From: the human T2T-CHM13v2.0 reference genome, Homo sapiens
NCBI RefSeq assembly: GCF_009914755.1
Contig: NC_060926.1
DNA length: 64,000 nt
Strand: one strand, 5' to 3'
Both the position numbers and the translations under genes were made by a program. The notes under the pieces were generated by a model. The model saw only the letters and a program-made list of their open reading frames with translations. It did not search any database and was not told where the DNA came from. Below are positions 59,205-64,000 of the stretch, one piece after another. How positions within the stretch are numbered: the first letter of the stretch is position 1; each line of letters opens with the position of its first letter.

Positions 59205-59860
59205 AATAGCTAATACCTTTATAGTTCATTATGAGCCATGCATTATTCTAGGAGCCATGCATTATTCTAGGTTATTTATATTAACTCATGTAAATTTTAC
59301 CATAGTGCTATCAAATAGATAAAATTATTATCTTCATATTATAGGTGAGAAGACATTGAAGTACAGAGAGGTTAAATAACTTTGAGGTTGGTATGGTTTG
59401 ACTGTGTCCCCACCCAAATCTCATCTTGAACTGTAGTTCCCATAATCCCCATGTGTTGTGGGAGGAACCTGGTGGGAGGCAATTGAATCATGGGAGTGGT
59501 TACCTCTATGTTGTTCTCATGATAGTGAATGAGTTCTCATGAAGTCTTACAGTTTTATAAGGGACTTTCCCTACTCTTCGCTTTGCACTTCTGCTTGCTG
59601 CCACCATGTGAAGAAGAACATGTTTGCTTCCCCTTCTGCCATGATTGTAAGTTTCCTGAGGTCTCTCCAGTCATGCTGAATTGTGAGTCAATTAAACCTC
59701 TTTCCTTTATAAATGACCCAGTCTTGGGTATGTCTTTATGAGCAGCATGAGAATGAACTAATACATAAGTGCACAGCTAGGAAGCATCTGAGCTCTTTAT
59801 TAAACCCATGCAGTTTGGCTTTAGACACAGGGCTTATTAACAACTATACCTTACCACTTC
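59205..59860 (-). mobile_element. MIR split by a THE1 LTR
   Basis: ATAATAGCTAA..CAGAGAGGTTAAATAACTT before the LTR and CACAGCTAGGAAG..AACCCA after it. Confidence 0.7.
59389..59765 (+). mobile_element. THE1C-like solo LTR
   Basis: TGGTATGGTTTGACTGTGTCCCCACCCAAATCTCATC ... ATTAAACCTCTTT ... ACTAATACA. Confidence 0.92.
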
Positions 59861-60074
59861 TCAGTGTAGCCCAATACTAGAACCCTAAATTAATCAGTTT
59901 TTCTAAAATTCTTGCCTTTAGGGGAAAGAAGGGGCCATTACAATAAAATTAAATCACTGGAGATTTATTTATTGAAAAGTAGTTTCTAGCTTATATTGGA
60001 GAGTAGGAAACAAAATTTGTCCACCATGACCGCAATATATAGTGTTAAATAAGTTATACATAAAATAAGATAAA

Positions 60075-60557
60075 AATGGCACTGTTAGTGCCCCAGATAT
60101 GTATTTTATACATCTTAATGTGTTTCAGCTGACTCCTGCTGACAGGCTTTGCACTTGTTTGTAAGGTTCTTTGAGTTTTCTGAAACTGTGACAAGCCATG
60201 TTGCCTATGCGCATGCCAGGTTAGAAGAGCCAAGGCATTAGTACCCTTTGGGAGCAGCCTTGCCTGACCCTTCAGAGAATACCCTAGCTGTCTTGCTCCT
60301 TGAATGAGATTATTCTGAGATGTGAGTTTTGTATAATTTCCAGAGTTTCTCTGAGAGTTTAAGCTTCAGTTGTGAACTGTGGTAGATATCTTAACACGTG
60401 TTCTACGTTTTCTGGCTTCCCTTCCCTACATCATGTTTTCCTGTACTTTAAAATATTGCCTTTATATGCCCTACATATCCACTATCTATCATAAATAAGC
60501 TATTTTTCTTGGAATGCTTCTCTCAGGATTTCCTTCTGGGAGAACTCAACTAAGACA
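60075..60557 (+). mobile_element. LTR33-family ERVL LTR (diverged)
   Basis: GGGAGCAGCC, ATACCCTAGC, GGCTTCCCTTCCCT, ends TTCTGGGAGAACTCAACTAAGACA. Confidence 0.6.
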
Positions 60558-62048
60558 GTGATGTTTATAATTATTACCTTGGTTGCAAAATGTTGAATAA
60601 ACAAAGTTTTGAGTGTGTTAATATATTAAGAAGAAAGTTATAGTAACTTGGGGAATACTTTTTATAGTCATTGATTGTAAACTCACCTCAAAGTTCTGCT
60701 CTGGGCCTCTGGTAATCTTTCCAGTTTACTGTTTCAATTCTACTTTAACCAAAAAGACAAAACAACTACCTCAACACACACAAGGACCCCACCCAACTCT
60801 TCACGTGGTAGATTCTTTTCAGTATGAAGGAAAATAAGTCTTCCCCTCAAATATGCAAAATTTAGAAATGAGAATTGACTATTATCTACCAAGGGTTGAA
60901 GTGGTCACAACTATAAAGAAAAAATTATTTGGATCTTTTAAGTTTCTCCTTGAGTGGACCATAGGATCTTGACTGTGATTTGTCTTTAGGCCAGTTTTTT
61001 TCTACTTATGACCCTCAGGCATTTGAGGACAAAGTAATGGGAATGCAGCAGCTACTTTTAATATTGTTGGATTCCTAATGGAAATAAGCATTTATCTATA
61101 AAAATAATTGTCCAAGATAACTATGATCAAATATACTTCCTTTTAGTTGGAATTTTACTGCCTCATGTGTGTCTAAAGCTCTATCTGGAAATTAGTTTTT
61201 ATCTTTAATATAAAGATAAATTATTTGTTATTTAGTACAAGCAATTTTGTAAGTAAACATTTTAGAAGCTTGGAGTTAGAGCCAGAGGAGGAGTGAGAGG
61301 GTCCTTGTTGGTCAGAAAGTTGGGAGTAGAACCCCTCCTTCTTTTTGCCAGGCTCACAGCTGGAGGGGCCAGAGAGAAAGCTTTCTGTTAACGAGAGTGA
61401 AGCCAAACGTGATGTATCTAGGAAAAATAATTCAAACTCTAGTTATTGCGTGATCTGCTCCAAAGTATTAGTTATGATTAGGAAAATGAATCTGAGGCAT
61501 TTGGAGCATTTCAGTGTGATCCTATAGTTATAATCTTAGTGTCTATTGTTAAAGTGCTGCTCCAGTTAGAAAGACCACCAAAATACTGGGCCTCATCAGG
61601 AGGATACTGGGGTAGAAGAGAAAAACATGATGGCATTCTTGGATTCAAGCCCAGTGCATCTAGCATTAGAAGAGTTTCATTTGAGCTGTGTGCTGCAAGA
61701 TAGACTTTCCAAAGCTGAAGACCACCAAATCCCCCTGACATTTGTAGATTGTTTGCCAGGCACTGTAACCAATTAATTTACAAATAATTTAAAAACACAT
61801 TTTTTTCTAATTTCAAAAGCAGTCCATTCCTCCTGTGGAAATTAGTTTTAGAAATCTAAAATAGATGAAGAAATGAAATGCTTTCGTTCAGTGATTACTG
61901 TTAACTTACACTCTATTTTTTTCTGATTTCAAATTTACAGTAATACTTGAATATATAAAACAGAAAGTAGAAGTCCCTATTAATCCCATTCTCCTCAATT
62001 AACTACTGTTAATGAGCTGGTACAGATGTTTTTCATCTCTCAATGTAA

Positions 62049-62358
<310 letters not shown>

Positions 62359-63327
62359 TTTTTTACGACACTGAAAACAGAGGAGTAAAAAAAGTCCCTT
62401 ATAATGGTATCACATTATCTTAACCACTATCTTATTTTGGTCAGTTTTATTTGATTCTTCTATACATATATTTCTATTTTTATGTTTGTAATTATGGTAT
62501 GCATACAGTTTTGTACCATACCTTTTATTTCACATTATAAGCATTTTTCAGATTACCACACAGTCTTGTCATGTGTGTATAGTGTTTCACTCAGTAGATG
62601 AATAATTTCTCTATTGCTAGATATTTGTTATTTCACTTATTTAGTTAATGTTGGCATGAATAGTTTTGATTAAAAATAATTTTAGATTTCTTAAATTATA
62701 GTTCCTCTAGAATGAGGTATAAACTTTACCTATTGTTTACTGTAGCACCCCTTGTACCAAGTGCAATGTCTGCTATATGGTGTTATGTTAAATGAACATT
62801 ATGTTAAATGAACAAATGATGAAGAAGAATTATTGGACTAAATGGCATGAACAAATTTTTGTTGCTATTTTTTATCCCCCAAAATGTAGTATTTTGACCT
62901 GGCTAGATACTTTTACAAATGTTAATTCTAAGAAAAACTCAGTGAGGCAGTTGAAGAAATGGAGGTTCAGAGTCGATTTACAGTCATACAGCTAATGTGG
63001 AGCCAGTGTTCAGATTTACATCCTTTGATGTGCTAACCTTAATGTTCCATTCACTTTGCCACACCTACATTTTGTCCCTCACCTACATTTTCTGATTAAG
63101 AGGATGCAGAAGACAAAGCTCTGGAGGCTTGTGGTTAGTGGACAAGGATAGCTGGTTGGCTTGAGCAGAGCTTGCCAAATTGTGGTCTGGGCGCCACTTT
63201 CATAGAGCACGCCTGCAGAGCTGGTCCAACCAGCAGATACCTTATCCCTTCCAAGACTTGTAAATATCAGTTTCCAGGGGATGAAAGGTTCTTATGGGGC
63301 TGGAATCTGCATCTTTACCAAGCACCC

Positions 63328-63899
63328 TGTTGTGTGTTTAATTATACCCCCTCCCCCCAAAAATATATTAAGTCCTAACCCCATAGCTGTGAATGTGACT
63401 TATTTGGAAATAGGTTCATTGCAGATGTAATTGAGTTAAAATAAGGTTATACTAGATTAGAGTGGGCCCTAGTCTAATGACTGGTGTTCTTCTAAGATGA
63501 GGGAACTGGAGGTACAAAGGAGACACAGAGGAGAATGCCATGTGAAGATACAGAAGACCCAGGGGAGAATCCCATGTGAAGATACAGAAGACACAGGGAT
63601 CAATGCCATACGAAGATACAGAAGACACAGGGATGAATGCCATATGAAGATACAGAAGACACAGGGATGAATGCCATACAAAGACAGAGGCAGAGACAGG
63701 AGAGATGCATCTGCAAGCTAGGAAACACCAAGGACTGCTGGCAACCACTAGATGCTAGGAAGAGGCAAGAAAGGATTTTTCCCCTAGAGCCCTCAAGAGA
63801 TTGCCGACCTATTGACACCTTAACTTTAAACTCCTAGCCTCCAAAAGAGCCACTTGGCTTGTGGTACTTCTAGTAGGGCAGCACCAGAAACCTGACACA
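63328..63899 (+). mobile_element. MLT1B/C MaLR solo LTR
   Basis: TGTGAATGTGACTTATTTGGAAATAGG, GCTAGGAAGAGGCAAG. Perfect TSD CACCC at 63323-63327 and 63900-63904. Confidence 0.88.
63521..63688 (+). repeat. 34-bp minisatellite, about 5 copies, inside MLT1
   Basis: Unit AGACACAGGGATGAATGCCATATGAAGATACAGA starting at 63521, 63555, 63589, 63623 and 63657. Confidence 0.93.
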
Positions 63900-64000
63900 C
63901 ACCCAAGACCTTAAATTTGACTAAATTTAAATCCAGAGTTGATGGTTTACTAACCTAAAATAATAGTTTAGACCCAGAAACAAGTAAAGGACAAGATTAA

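Noticed and set aside
59233-59271. Tandem GAGCCATGCATTATTCTAG duplication
   Set aside because: Ordinary short slippage duplication within a MIR.
63521-63688. CRISPR-like array
   Set aside because: Units are head-to-tail with no unique spacers, in a eukaryotic LTR with no cas genes.

Overview
AT-rich primate genomic DNA, most likely human or ape because it carries AluY-like and L1PA3-like elements. It reads as intronic or intergenic, and I find no host protein-coding gene, RNA gene or CRISPR array. The longer ORFs in the track are LINE-1 ORF2 remnants, translated Alu/LTR sequence or noise. The centre (about 14-38.9 kb) is a deep nest of elements: an old L1MC-type LINE holds an L1MA with both target-site duplications (TSDs). 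That L1MA holds a full-length L1PB (itself carrying an Alu and a complete THE1 provirus), another Alu and a sense L1PA fragment. The rest holds further Alus (12 copies or fragments in total), MaLR/ERVL/ERV1 LTRs, DNA-transposon fossils, MIR/L2 and microsatellites. I see no evidence of a new biological system. The most unusual signals are repair or integration scars: a local copy of an Alu arm plus its flank bounded by hairpins, a 72-bp unique-sequence doublet, a tail-less Alu with TSD, an inverted L1 with a large gap and fold-back filler, an L1 lacking ORF1 but keeping its 5' tip, and two adjacent perfect hairpins. Subfamily names come from recalled consensus sequences, not from a database search.
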